The notes: generated by a model from the letters alone, not told the origin. Counted from the first letter of the stretch, positions 23,035 to 35,282 are shown. The stretch is DNA of 64,000 nt from Anolis carolinensis (GCF_035594765.1 NC_085842.1:130585036-130649035); one strand, 5' to 3'. Translations and numbers: made by a program.

Positions 23035-23700
23035 GGGTTGCTGTGAGTTTTCTGGGCTGTATGGCCATGTTCCATAAGCATTATTTCCTGATATTTTACC
23101 TGCATCTATGGGAGGCATCCTCAGGAGTTGTGAGGTTTGTTGAAAACTAGTCAAGTGTGGTTTATATATCTCTGGAAGGTCCAGGTTGGAATAAAGAACT
23201 CTTGTCTGTTTAAGGCCAGTGTGGATGTTGCAATTAATCACCAAGATTAGCATTGAATAGCCTTGCAGCTTCAAAGCTCGGTTGTTTCCTGCCTGGGGGA
23301 ATCCTTTGTTGGGAGATGATTAGCTGGCCTTAAAATAAGGAGAGTAAATAAAGAACAACACTCAAAAATGGGGATTTCAGATAAGAAACAATCAGGGCCA
23401 GGTAATCACCTCCTGACAAAGGACTTCCCCAGGCAGGAAGCAGCCAAGCTCTGAAGCTGCAGGGCTATTCCCTGCTAATCAAGGTGGCCAATTGCAACAT
23501 TTAAACAGGCAAGAGTTCTTTCTCCCACCCTGGAGCTTTCACTGATATATAAACTTCCCTTGCCTAGTTTCCAACAGATCTCGCAACCTTTGAGGATGCC
23601 TGCCATAGATGTGGGCAAAACGTCAGGAGAGAATACTTCTGGGACGTGGCCATACAGCTTGGAAAACTCACAGCAACGCAGTGAAAGCCTTCGACAACAC
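23035..23700. mobile_element. Two inverted Penelope terminal repeats just upstream of NPB
   Basis: Minus copy about 23035-23330; plus copy about 23335-23700. Confidence 0.85.
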
Positions 23701-23805
23701 AAGGATCAGAAAAGTTCTTGTGTTCCTGTCGGAAAGCGAAGTCACGGTCTTGGCAGTGCGTGGCACAGGAGAACCAGGCCTCTCTTCTCTCCTCGGTGCC
23801 TCCGG

Positions 23806-23966
23806 GCAGCAGCAGCAGCAGCAGCAGCAGCGCCGTCCCCTCCGCCCCCGCCACGCCAAGGAGGAGGATATAAGGGGCGCCGCCCGCGCGGGAGCTGCCC
23901 AGCCGCATCTCCATCCTCATCCCCATCCTCATCCGGAGCCGCATCCCGATCCCGAGTCCCGGCAGC
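23806..23966 (+). promoter_or_regulatory. NPB: NPB proximal promoter with (CAG)n tract, GC box and TATA-like element
   Basis: About 8 CAG units at 23807-23830, CCGCCC boxes, TATAA at 23869-23873, ATG at 23967. Confidence 0.7.
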
Positions 23967-24320
23967 ATGCGGGCGGGCCGCACCCGGACGGGGCCCCCGC
24001 GGGCGGCGCTGCTGCTGCTCTGCCTCCTGGCGCTGGCGGTGCTGCCCGGTCCTCCGGCCGCCGCCGAGGCGTGGTACAAGCAGGCCGCCGGACCCAGCTA
24101 CTACTCGGTCGGCAGGGCTTCGGGGCTGCTCTCGGGGCTCCGGCGCTCGCCCTACAGCCGCCGCGCCGACGACAACGAGCAGCCGCAGCAGCCGCAAGGC
24201 GGTGGGAGCAGCAGCAGCAGCAGCTCCGAAAACGGCGTCGTCCCAGGACTCCCTCCAGCCGCCGCCTCCTCTTTCTGGGCAACTGAGCCGCGCCTGAGCC
24301 CCGGCGGACTGAGGAACATG
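23967..24320 (+). CDS. NPB: Neuropeptide B precursor exon 1
   Basis: Hydrophobic signal peptide, then [31 protein letters not shown] (mature NPB23/29 starting at 24072); ATG|GTGAGA donor. Confidence 0.95.
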
Positions 24321-24793
24321 GTGAGACTCGGGGGAGAGGGAGGGATCTGCGGGTGAGCCTACACCAGGCCTGGGCAAACTTCGGCCCCCGAGGTGTAGAT
24401 TAGGACAGTTTTAAAAACGTGTTGTCGAAGGCTTTCATCACCGGGATCACTGGGTTGCTGTGAGTTTCCCGGGCTGTATGGCCATGTTCCAGAAGCATTC
24501 TCTCCTGACATTTCGCCTGCATCTATGGCAAGCATCCTCAGAGGTTGTGAAGTTTATTGGAAACTAGGCAAGTGGGGCGTATGTCCAGAGTGGGAGAAAA
24601 AACTCTTGTCTGGGTTGCTGTGAGTTTTCCGGGCTGCATGGAAACTCTTGTCTGTTTGAGGCAGGTCTGAATGTTGCAGTTGATCACCTTTATTAGCATT
24701 GAATAGCCTTGCAGCTTCAAAGCTTGGCTGCTTCCTGCCTGGGGAAATCCTTTGTTGGGAGGTGATTAGCTGGCCCTGATTAATTCATATCTG

Positions 24794-24794
<1 letters not shown>

Positions 24795-24840
<46 letters not shown>

Positions 24841-24860
24841 GTAATAGTAATAATAATATA
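24795..24860. repeat. (AAT)n microsatellite
   Basis: Direct reading. Confidence 0.95.
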
Positions 24861-25304
24861 ATAACTTTATTTTTATATCTTGCCTTCATTTCCCCGAAGG
24901 GATTTGGGGCGGCTCACATGGGGACAAGCACGAGCCAACAAAGATTAAAACCGAACACAGATGAAAACATATCTCAGTAAAATCAACGACATTACAAGGA
25001 GACAATAACAAAAACAGCATCATCAACAGCCAATAGTCTGAGCAATAATGGGTACTGAAACTTCTGTTTTTGAGTGTTCTTCTTTATTTACTGTCCTGGT
25101 TTTTCATGGACACCATGAGAATGAACAAAATTTGGCTACCAGTATTTAAAAAAACCCTCTAAAATCAGGACAGTAAATAAAGAACAACACTCAAAAACAG
25201 GGAAAATCCAGACATGAATCAATCAGAGCCAGTTAACACCTCCCAACAAAGGATTCTCCCAGGCAGGAAACAGCCAAGCTTTGGAACTGAACGGCTATTC
25301 AGAG

Positions 25305-25581
25305 GTTTGTTTGTTTTTTTTTCGTGTCAGGAGCAACCTGAGTCGCTTCTGGTGTGAGAGAGAATTGGCCGTCTGCAAGGACGTTGCCCAGGGGACGTCC
25401 GGATGTTTTGATGTTTTTACCATCCTTGTGGGAGGCTTCTCTCATGATCCCGGATGGAGCTGGAGCTGATACAGGGAGCTCATTCGCAGTCTCCCCGGGT
25501 GGGATTCGAACCTGGCAGCCTTCAGGTCAGCAACCCAACCTTCAAGTCACAAGGCTTTAACCCACTACGCCACCAGGGGCT
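25305..25581 (-). mobile_element. tRNA-derived SINE, second family, nested in a Penelope repeat
   Basis: 11-bp TSD GCTATTCAGAG at 25294-25304 and 25582-25592. Confidence 0.85.
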
Positions 25582-25903
25582 GCTATTCAGAGCTAATCAA
25601 GGTGATCAATTGCAGCATTCAGACCTGCCTCAAACAGACAAGAGTTTCCATACAGCCCTGACAACTCAGAGCAACCCAGAAAAGAATTATTTCTCCTACT
25701 CTGTATTTTCCACAGATACATAACCCTACTTTGCTTAGTTTCCAACATACCTCACAACCTCTGAGGATGCCTGCTATAGATGTGGGCAAAACGTCAGGAG
25801 AGAATGCTTCCGGAACATGGCTATACAGCTGGAAAAACTCACAGCAACCCAGTTTTAGAAACCTTGTAATTGTAGTTGATTTTGCCTCTGAAATATAGCC
25901 TAC

Positions 25904-26115
25904 AGCAGGCCTAGGCAAACTTAGGTCCTCTCTCCAGGGGTTTTGGACTTCAACTCTCACCATTCCTCACAGCCTCAGGCCCTTTCCTTTTCCCTCTCAG
26001 CCGCTTAAGCTTAAGCGGCTGAGAGGGAAAAGGAAGGGGCCTGAGGCTGTGAGGAATGGTGAGAGTTGAAGTCCAAAACCCCTGGAGAGAGGACCTAAGT
26101 TTGCCCAGGCCTGCT
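25904..26115. mobile_element. 212-bp near-perfect palindromic MITE in the NPB intron
   Basis: Arms mirror around AAGCTT (centre 26009/26010); same family core (ttttggacttcaactc) as other hAT MITEs here; no clean TSD seen. Confidence 0.8.
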
Positions 26116-26201
26116 TTAGCTTCTGAAAGGACTGGTGGGCTGCAACTGCTGTGGGTTGGAGCTTGACCGGAGCCTCTCGGTCCTTCCTTGCCTCCCTGCA
26201 G

Positions 26202-26333
26202 GCGGTGTGCGTGAAAGAGGTGTCCCCGGAGCTGCGGAGCTGCCAGCTGCTGCCAGGCTTGCCCAGCGTGGTCCAGTGCCAGGCCGACGTCACCGTCTCG
26301 CTGGACCCCGCCGACTGCAGCCCCGTCCCCTGA
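26202..26333 (+). CDS. NPB: Neuropeptide B precursor exon 2
   Basis: cctccctgcag|AVCVKEVSPELRSCQLLPGLPSVVQCQADVTVSLDPADCSPVP-stop, the four-Cys C-terminal pro-peptide; AATAAA at 26439-26444. Confidence 0.93.
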   Translation, partial: AVCVKEVSPELRSCQLLPGLPSVVQCQADVTVSLDPADCSPVP

Positions 26334-26689
26334 AGACCCGCCGCGGGAGGAGACGAGGCCAGGCGCCCCCTGGAAGAAGCCAAGCCCTCGGGGAGCCACG
26401 GGAGGAAGGCCTGCCCCCCGACGCCCTCACAGACAAGAAATAAACGCGCTTGAAACGGCTCTCCTGTCTCTCTCTGTGTGTCTTGATAGACAGCCTCCAA
26501 AGGCAGGCAGGGATGCGGGAAGGGAGCGGTGGGGAACCCACACCTTGTTTGTTTGAGAGGCCCAGAAAAACCACTATCGGGACTGATAGCATTTTCCTCT
26601 CTGCCACACAAATGCGGTTTCTCAACTGCGCTGTCCCTGCTTGTGGGGGATTGTTGTCATCAGACTCTAAGAAAATTGAATTTTTAAAG

Positions 26690-27063
26690 CAGGGGTCCTC
26701 AAACTTTTTAAGTGGAGGGCCGGTTCATGGTCCTCAGACTTTGAGGGGCCAAATTATCATTTGGAAAAAAAATACAAACAAATTCCTATGCACACTGCAC
26801 GTCTTATTTGTAGTGCAAAAACAACAACAACAACGGAGCAATACAATATATTTTTTAAAAATTAACCAACCTATCAGGATTTCAATGGGAAGTGTGGGCC
26901 TGCTTCTGCCCAATGAGATAGTCAAGTTAATTAGGATTGTTGTTGTGTGCCTTCAAGTCATTTCAGACTTTGGGCAAGCCTAAGTTAAAACTGAGGGTGG
27001 GGGGCAGGTAAATGACCTTGGAGGGCCGCATCCGGCCCCCGGGCCTTAGTTTGGGGACCCCTG
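26690..27063. mobile_element. Charlie-type non-autonomous hAT element
   Basis: TIR CAGGGGTCCTCAAAC / GTTTGGGGACCCCTG; TSD TTTTAAAG / TTTCAAAG (7/8). Confidence 0.85.
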
Positions 27064-27304
27064 TTTCAAAGCATTGAGTTGTTGAGAGTTTTCCGAGCTG
27101 TATGGCCCTGTTCCAGAAGCATTCTTTCCTGACGTCTCGCCCACATCTATGGCAGGCATCCTCAGAGGTTGTGAGGTCTGTTGGAAACGGGACAAGTGGG
27201 GTTTATCTATCTGTGGAATAATGCCCAGGGTGGGAGAAAGAACTCTTGTCTGTTGGAGGCAAGTGTGAATGTTTAAATTGGCCACCTTGATTACCATCAA
27301 ATTA

Positions 27305-27630
27305 CTGGCGCAGTGTCTGATCGATTAAAGCGTGAGCTGGTGAACTTGCAGACCAAAAAGTCCCAGGTTCAAATCCCGGGAGCGGAGTGAGCGCCCTCTG
27401 TTGCTCCAGCTCCTGCCAACCTAGCAGTTTGAAAACATGCAAATGTGAGTAGATCAATAGGTACCGCTCCGGCGGGAAGGTAATGGCACTCCATGCAGTC
27501 ATGCCAGCCACATGACCTTGGAGGTGTCTACGGACAATGCCGGCTCTTTGGCTTAGAAATGAAGATGAGCACCAACCCCAGAGTGAGACATGACTGGACT
27601 TAACATCAGGGGAAACCTTTACTTTTACCT
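27305..27630 (+). mobile_element. Sauria-type SINE nested in a Penelope fragment
   Basis: ggttcaaatccc B-box-like motif; ends ggggaaaccttttacttttacct. Confidence 0.85.
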
Positions 27631-28257
27631 TAGTCTTTCAGCTTCAAGGTCTGGCTGCTTCCTGCCTGAGGGAATCCTTTGTTGGGAGGTGTTAGCTGGC
27701 CCTGATTGATTCATGTCTGTTATTCACCTGTTTTTGAGTGTTGTTCTTTATTTTCTGTCCTGATTTTACAGTTTCTTAATGCTGATAGCCAGATTTTGTT
27801 CATGTTCATGGTTTCTTCCTTTCTGTTGAAATGCTCCACATGCTTTTGGATTTCAGTGACTTCTCTGTGTAGCCTGACATGATGGTTGTTAGAGTGGTCC
27901 AGAATGTGTTCTCAAATAAAAGGCACTGCAGGCTAATCCAACCGGAGAAGTCAGCTTTAGCAGAGCACTTGAGGAACCAACCTGGACACCACTTAGGAAA
28001 CAGAGGAATTCTAGACCTGAATCAATCAGGGCCAGCTAATACCTCCCAACAAAGGGTCCCCCCAAGCAGTAAGCAGACCTTGAAGCTGAAAGGCTATTCA
28101 GTGCTAACCATGGTGGCCAACTGAAACATTCACACCTGCCTCAAACAGAGAAGAGTTCTTTTTCCCACCCTGATCTTTCCACAGATACATAAATCCCCCT
28201 TGTCTGGGTTGTTGTATGTCTTTCGGGCTGTGTGGCCATGTTCCCGAAGCATTCTCT

Positions 28258-28298
28258 CCTGACGTTTCGCCCACATCTATGGCAGGCATCCTCAGAGG
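28258..28298 (-). ncRNA. Minimal hammerhead ribozyme motif, mirror copy
   Basis: Exact reverse complement of 28347-28387. Confidence 0.8.
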
Positions 28299-28346
28299 TT
28301 GTGAGGTATGGAGAAAACTAAGCTTAGTTTTCTCCATACCTCACAA

Positions 28347-28387
28347 CCTCTGAGGATGCCTGCCATAGATGTGGGCGAAACGTCAGG
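28347..28387 (+). ncRNA. Minimal type I hammerhead ribozyme motif (Penelope-borne)
   Basis: CCT-CTGAGGA-T-GCCTGC-CATAGAT-GTGGGC-GAAA-C-GTC^AGG: intact CUGANGA and GAAA core, helix II, GUC cleavage triplet, palindromic ACGT in place of helix III. Confidence 0.8.
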
Positions 28388-30164
28388 AGAGAATGCTTCG
28401 GGAACATGGCCACACAGCCCGAAAGACATACAACAACCCTGTGATCTCGGCCATGAAAGCCTTCGACAACCCCTTGACTGGTTTCCAACATCCCTCACAA
28501 CTGCAAAGCTCACAGCCTTGCTGCGGTTGTGTTGGGTCCTCGGAACCTAACATGCGAGAAGTCGTCAATGGGACTCCGCCACACCACCCTGGAAAAACAA
28601 AAACACAAAAACTTTGAGATGCCCAGACAAACCATTACCCCAGGCTCACGGGACCTTCCTTTCGGCCCTACAAAGCCATTTCTAAGTGCCCTGCCCTGTT
28701 TGTTGGCATCACATTCCAACAAAATAGTTTTTCAACAATTGTTTTACTGGAGGAGGGGGTGCTGCACCCAAGGGATGTCAGCATGGGTTCAAAGCTAACA
28801 TCATTATAATGATTAAATTAAAAGTAAATCCCATTGAATGCCAGGGGCTTACTTTGGAGAATGGAGATCTGTCTGTCCGGGAAGGTTGCTTCTGTGCCAG
28901 GACTTTGAAGTGTGCCCCCTCCCATGCCATTGATTCCCTTTTCCATCTTAACTGGGCTGAACTGTTGCTTTAAGGAGGGGGGGGGTCAGTGGGCCATCTT
29001 CCCCTTTTCATTAAAGGATGTGGAAGACCTGGGACAGCACAGAAGGCATGGCTTTCCCTAACAGAGCATTTCAAACCCATGCGTAGGCTTCCCTGTCTCT
29101 GCAGTAAGTGGCAGAGATCCCTCATTTTAAGGAAACTTATTCAGTAATAGTTGTGTTGGCTTTCAGAACAAAATCACAAATCCACAAAAAGGTTTTTGAT
29201 CTTTTATAAATCTTGGATTTTGTTGTATCTTCTTTTAAACGTTTCCTTCCCTTTGCAGAATAAAACAGAATTCACCGGCAGATAATATCCACTAAGTGGG
29301 AGTTACTAAAATCTCACAAGTGCCTACAAACTGTTGAGCTCTCCAGGACTAGCATCCACTAGATTACGTTTCAACTGTATCCTCGGCTGCTTCTGACATG
29401 ATAGATAAATAAATAATTAGACGGTGCACGCTTTCAAGTTTGCCAGAACTGTGGCATTTTAAAATATGGTTAATGATTGTCAGGCATCTTCATCTCCATT
29501 TTACTGAGCCCTTTCTTCTCCCCTTTCTAATCTAAGTCGTATTCAAGGCAGGGACATCCCTGGAACTCAGGCTATGTGGGGAGTGCAGGAGTATGGAAGA
29601 GAGGAATTGCTCTGGACATTGTAGGTTTAACCTGTTCTTGCCCCCTCCAGCAGTCATTTCCCATGTTCTCTTTTCAGGTTCTCTGGAACCTTTGCAGAGA
29701 TGCCAAGTAATTGGGAGAGGCATCAACTTCAGGCAAACCACTGACTATTCCCTTGAGCATTGGTTCTCCCCCCCCCCCCCACTTTTGTGTGGGAGGGAGC
29801 AGGCATGTGCGGCTGGCACTGAAGGCAGAGCAGTATCTTAGGAGCCTCCCCAGCTCTGTTTGGACACAAGGAAATCTAAAGGCACATATATTTGGGGGGG
29901 GGGGGTTGTTTGTTAAAGAGTCACATCCCATAGAGGAGAGGAAGGATGTGAAGTTTTGTTGTTTTGTTTTAAATAGTAGAACTAGGTTCCAGACAGAAAC
30001 CTGAAAACAGTGGCAAAGAGCACTGTCCAGGTTGGTTCCTCAAGTGCTCTGCTCTGGCTGACTTCTCTGGTTGAGTTAGTGTGCAGTGCCTTTCATGTTC
30101 CTTGATTTGTGTTTGGGCAATGATGTGTTTGGTGGTCCCTATGCAGACTTGTCCTCAGCTGGAA

Positions 30165-30683
30165 CCAACCTGGACACAGAAATGCTGGACCACTCTAACA
30201 ACCACCATGTCAGACTACATAGAGAAGCAACTGAAATCCACAAGCATGTGGACAATATCAACAGAAAGGAAGAAATAATGAAAAGTACAAAATTTGGCTA
30301 CCAGTATTAAAACAAACTCTAAAATCAGGATAGTAAATTAAGAACAACACTCTGAAAACAGGGGAATTCTAGACATGAAACCATCAGGGCCAGCTAACAT
30401 CTCCCAACAAAGGATCCCCCCCCCAGGCAGAAATCAGCCAGGTTTGAAGCTACAAGGCTTTTCAATGCTAATCAAGGTGATTAATTGCAACATTCACACT
30501 TGCCACTAACAGACAAGACTTCTTTCTCCCACCCTGGATCTTCCACAGATATATAAACCTCCCTTGCTTAGTTTCCAACAAACCTCACAACCTCTGAGGA
30601 TGTCTGCCACAGATGTGGGCAAAATGTCAGGAGATAATGCTTCTGGAACATGGCTATACAGTCCAGAAAACTCACAGCAACCC
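30165..30683 (+). mobile_element. Penelope 3' fragment (end of GIY-YIG plus terminal repeat)
   Basis: TEMLDHSNNHHVRLHREATEIHKHVDNINRKEE followed by the terminal repeat. Confidence 0.85.
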
Positions 30684-31204
30684 AAAGTACCTCATATTCA
30701 CAGCAAAGCATATTCATACAGAAGCTGCTCTGCCCCAGATATTCACCCTTTTGATTAGTCAGATATATAATTCTTGTAGCTTAATAAAGTGTAACGCATA
30801 CCTTATTCCCCAGCACTCTAAATACTTTATTAAGCTACAAGAATGATATATCTAGGAAATCAAAAAGGTCATTTCCAAAGGGAAAGACACATCTTCCTGT
30901 GAAAGAACTATGCAGCAGTCTAAAGTATTCTTCCATGAATTTAAAAATTTTCCGATGGAGATGTAAGTAATTTATTCTTTTCTCCCATTTGAACTGGTTT
31001 ATAATTGCTTGCCCCGGAAATCTGACATGAAAGGTCAAATCAGGAGGCAAATGTGGGTTTGGTAAGGACTTGGCAAAATAATTCACACCATTGAAGTTTC
31101 CTGATTAGTTCAAACTTGCAGGAATTGCATTGGTAAATCCCCCCCACCCCGAAATTGTTAGAGGGATTCTGTGTTTTGAGTGGCAACACAACTGCTCCGT
31201 ACAA

Positions 31205-31610
31205 ACCAGTGTTTCCTGGCATATTCTGTCTAGTTCTGGACACCACATTTCAAGAAGAATATTGATAAATTGAAACATGTTTGGAGAAGGGTGATCAAAA
31301 TGGCAAAAGGTTTAGAAGCCAAGTCCTATGAGGATCCGTTTAAGCATCTGGCTGTGTTTAGCCTTGAGAAGAGAAGGTTAAGAGGGGGCATGACAGCCAC
31401 GTTTAAACATTTAAAAGCATGTTATATTGAGGAGGGGGCAAATTAATTTTTTTCCCAAAGCAACAGTAAAAGAGCTTCCACCAAAACATTGGGTAAGAGC
31501 TGTTTGACAGATATCACTATCAGGAATGATTGCATTGTGTATTCCTGCATGGCAGAATGGGATTGGACCTGGATGGCCCATATGGTCTCGCCTAACTCTA
31601 TGATTCTATG
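31205..31610 (+). mobile_element. Old CR1 3' fragment
   Basis: Degenerate match to the CR1 ORF2 end and 3' tail (ctctatgattctatga). Confidence 0.75.
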
Positions 31611-31972
31611 AAACGCATAAAATGAAGGCCACATAAACATGTCTTTAAATTTCTGTGTACCCAAATTGGGACAGAGTTTCCAAACATGCACACACATGAT
31701 GAAGCCTCGAGAACCACTGGCATGTGAAGCAGAAGCCCTCACTTACTCATCTTATCTGTGGACATAAATTATAAAATTAATCAGAGGGTTGGAGCCCACC
31801 ACTTAACAGTAACTAATACTGTCAAGCAGAACCAGTAACCTTTCCTGAGAGATGGACAAGCTTAATTGTAAGTGACAGGCCAACAGGGGGGAAAGAAGGG
31901 GCAGAGCCAGCAATGGAATCCCTGCTGCAGAAAGGGGAAGACCAAGGGCTGCCAGGAGCAGAGCCCAGCTGT

Positions 31973-32017
<45 letters not shown>
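31973..32017. repeat. (CAA)n microsatellite
   Basis: Direct reading; source of the poly-Q/L/V/C ORFs. Confidence 0.95.
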
Positions 32018-32178
32018 TGAACTGTCAACAATATCTGGACATAGCAACATTACTATAATGATCCCTCTTGTTGCTATCTAATCTATCACTTATGGTATCC
32101 CTACTGTAGATTTTCTTGATAGGATTTTCACAGAGGAGGGGTGCCACTGCCTGCCCCTAAGGCTAAGAGACAATTAGA

Positions 32179-32522
32179 GGAGTCTACCGTATACTGTGCA
32201 ACTGTGGACAAGTCTACATAGGGACCTCTAAATTCAGCGCCCAGACACAAATCAAAGAACACGAAAGGCACTGCAGACTAATTCAACCAGAGAAGTCAGC
32301 CATAGCAGAGCACTTGATGAACCGACCTGGTCACAGAATATTATTTGAGAACACAGAAATGCTGGACTACTCTAACAACCATCATGTCAGACTATGCAGA
32401 GAAGCCATGGAAATCCACAAGCATGTGGACAATTTTGACAGAAAGGAGGAAACCATGAAAATGAAACAAAATTGTAAGCCGCTCCGAGCCCTAGGGGAGT
32501 GGCGGCATATAAGTTTGAAAAA

Positions 32523-32569
<47 letters not shown>

Positions 32570-32784
32570 AGACAGTAAATAATGAACATCACTCAGGGCC
32601 AGTTAACATCTCCCAAAGAGGATGCCTCCAGGCAACAAAGGCCAGGCTACCTCTATGCAGATACCCTCACTGATTTGCAAACTTAATGGCTACTCAAATG
32701 CTAATTCAAGCTTGCTAACTGCAACATTCACACCTTCTTTAAACAGACAAGGGTTCTTTCTCCCACCCTGGACATTCCACAGAT

Positions 32785-32847
<63 letters not shown>

Positions 32848-33237
32848 TTCATTTTATATTGTATTATTGTTTTTACCTATGTTATACTGTGAATTGTGTA
32901 TTGTGCATTATGTTTTTGTCTACTCTATTTTAATTGTGTTGTTGGGCTTGGTCCCATGTAAGCCGCCCCAAGTCCCCGCGGGTAGATGTTGGAGGGATAG
33001 AAAAATAAAGTTGTTGTTATTATTGTTGTTGTTGTTGTTGTTGTTGTTGAGAGACAGAGCTAGAGAGAGAGCTAGAGAGAGAGAGACTCCACTTGTCTTG
33101 CCTCCAACAGACCTCTGAAGATGGCAGCCAAAGATGCAGACGCAATGTTAGGAGAGAATGCTGCTTGAACATGGCCATACAGTCCGAAAAACTCACAGCA
33201 ACCCGGTGATTCCATGCTTGAAAACTTTTGAGAATAC
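32179..33237 (+). mobile_element. Penelope GIY-YIG endonuclease fragment and terminal repeat, interrupted by LINE tails and microsatellites
   Basis: GVYRILCNCGQVYIGT...KEHERHCRLIQPEKSAIAEH...REAMEIHKH; (AAAT)n 32518-32570; (GATA)n 32787-32843. Confidence 0.85.
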
Positions 33238-34965
33238 ACTAAGAGATAATTGTTTATCCAAAGCCATTGAGTAGGTTTCTGTGTCTGAGTGGGAATTCAA
33301 AACCTGGACTTTCAGAATCCTTGGCTGTTTCCACACTGTAGGATTATAGCAGTTTGATGCCATACTAACTGCCATAGCTCAGTGCTATGGAATTCTGTAG
33401 TTTTGTGAAATATTTACCCTTCTCTGTCAGAGAGCTCTTATGCTATAACAAACTACAAATCCCAGGATTCCATATGATGGATGGTCTTCTTGATTTGCAT
33501 TCAAAGCATGTACATCCAAGGACAGCCTGTAGCAAAATATTTTTAAATGGTGTAATGTCTTTACTAAGGCTAAGCAAAAGATGTAAAATACATTATGAAG
33601 GCTTTCAAAGCTCAAATGGTCCTTCATCACGTATGGGTGTTAAAAAGTCATTTTAGAAGGAGAAACACAACAGTGTACCGGCACAAAGCTGTATTTTTCT
33701 TGAGATGCTAAACCTAACTTTAAGATGGGGGAGGGAACTTTGATGCAGGTAAATCCCAGCCTCTTGCTGGCCACTAGTAATACTTATTCAGAGGAGGATG
33801 CTGAATCTATGGTATCACTGGAGGGAACTGACATAAACCATATATCTATGTTAGCAAGATAAGAACTGCTTAAATACCTCATACAATGCCTCTCTTTTTA
33901 GAAATGTCCAAGTAAACCAGTAATTTACATTTTCAGCTGGATGCCTCTGTGACCCTGAAGCTTACAAAAAACTCACTTTCAAGTCTTTATTAAATCCTGT
34001 TGTTAGTTGTCTTGATTTTTCTCATTCTTCCTTTTTCCATTATCTTCCTCTTCTTCAGCCCAGCTCTCCTCATCTTTAAAGAAAATAGGAAAACACCCTC
34101 AACCAGAAGTTTTCAAATTATCCTTTGCATCAAATATTACAGATGTTTTCATAAAACTTGGCTCATCCAGGACATTACCAAGACAAGAGTTATTAAAGAT
34201 GAGGCACATATTGTGCTTTGATTTGTTGAACAAATAAATCGATCCTCAATATTTTATTAAGTGATCTGATGAAATTCAGAGCATTTCATTGCAGTCTATA
34301 GTTCTGGCCTGAATACCCTAAGCAAACTAAGCAAGGTCACCTGTGGTCAAGAACTTGGATGGGAGACCACCACCCAATTCCAGGTGCTGAAGACTACATT
34401 TCAGAGTAGAGAATTGGGAAGACCACATCTAGATATTCCCGTAAAAAAGCCTGTGAAATACATGGGGTCACCATAAGTTGAAAGGCCACCCAAAAACACA
34501 TACACCCATGCAAGCAAAAATACTACCCTGAGTAAAGACAGGAAAAATATGAAAAGAATCACACAATATTCTGTTCATCAATGAAGACTTTAACAGTATG
34601 TTAACAACCAACAGATTAGTTATGGAAGAGATTTGGGAGTACTAAACTTCAGTGTCAAAGTCTAATGATCAAACCACTACAACATGTAAGCTTTCAAAAT
34701 ACATACATGGGTTTAAACAGGTTTGTGCTGCCATATAATGTCACAAAGAGAATTCTAGTCATTGTTCAGCTCTTACTGGAGCCAGATACACTGCCATTAT
34801 AACATAGATTGAACTGGATTACATGACAATGTAGACTCATTTAATCCAATTCAATGCAGTTCAATCTGCATTATATGAGTCGAAACTGACCATATAATGC
34901 AGTTCAAGCTGTATTATATGGTAGTGTAGATGAGGCTAAAGTTAAGCTGTAGGTGTGGATGATCT

Positions 34966-35282
34966 AAAGAGCCACGGTGGCACAGTGGTTAAACCACTAA
35001 GCTGCAGAACTCGACGATCGGAAAGTTGGTGGTTTGAATCCGCGGAACGGGGTGAGCTCCCGTTGGTAGCTCCAGCTTCTGCCAGCCTAGCAGTTTGAAA
35101 ACATGCAAATAGGTACCGCTCCGGTGGGAAGGTAATGGCACTCCATGCAGTCATGCCAGCCACATGACCTTGGAGGCATCTATGGACAACACCGGCTCTT
35201 CAGCTTAGAAATGGAGATGAGCACCAAACCCCAGAGTCAGACACGACTGGACTTAATGTCAGGGGAAAACCTTTACTTTTTA
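34966..35282 (+). mobile_element. Sauria-type SINE with TSD
   Basis: 10-bp TSD TGGATGATCT at 34956-34965 and 35283-35292. Confidence 0.9.

Larger units (their letters stand above)
24418..25852. mobile_element. Penelope terminal-repeat cluster in the NPB intron, with nested SINE and (AAT)n
   Basis: Minus copy 24418-24795; plus copy about 25110-25852 interrupted at 25305-25581. Confidence 0.8.
27077..28470. mobile_element. Penelope fragments including a perfect 234-bp palindrome (28206-28439)
   Basis: GIY-YIG remnants (RHCRLIQPEKSALAEHL) and several terminal repeats in both orientations. Confidence 0.85.

Noticed and set aside
23475-24377. Multiple long ORFs overlapping NPB exon 1
   Set aside because: GC-rich alternative frames, partly starting within a Penelope repeat; only the 23967 frame gives signal peptide plus NPB.
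28104-28550. Recurrent short ORFs TSQPLRMPAIDVGETSGENASGTWP as a multigene peptide family
   Set aside because: They are translations of the non-coding Penelope terminal repeat and hammerhead region, found in both orientations with frame-breaking changes.
31803-32081. Poly-L/V/C/Q ORFs resembling signal peptides
   Set aside because: Produced by the (CAA)n microsatellite.
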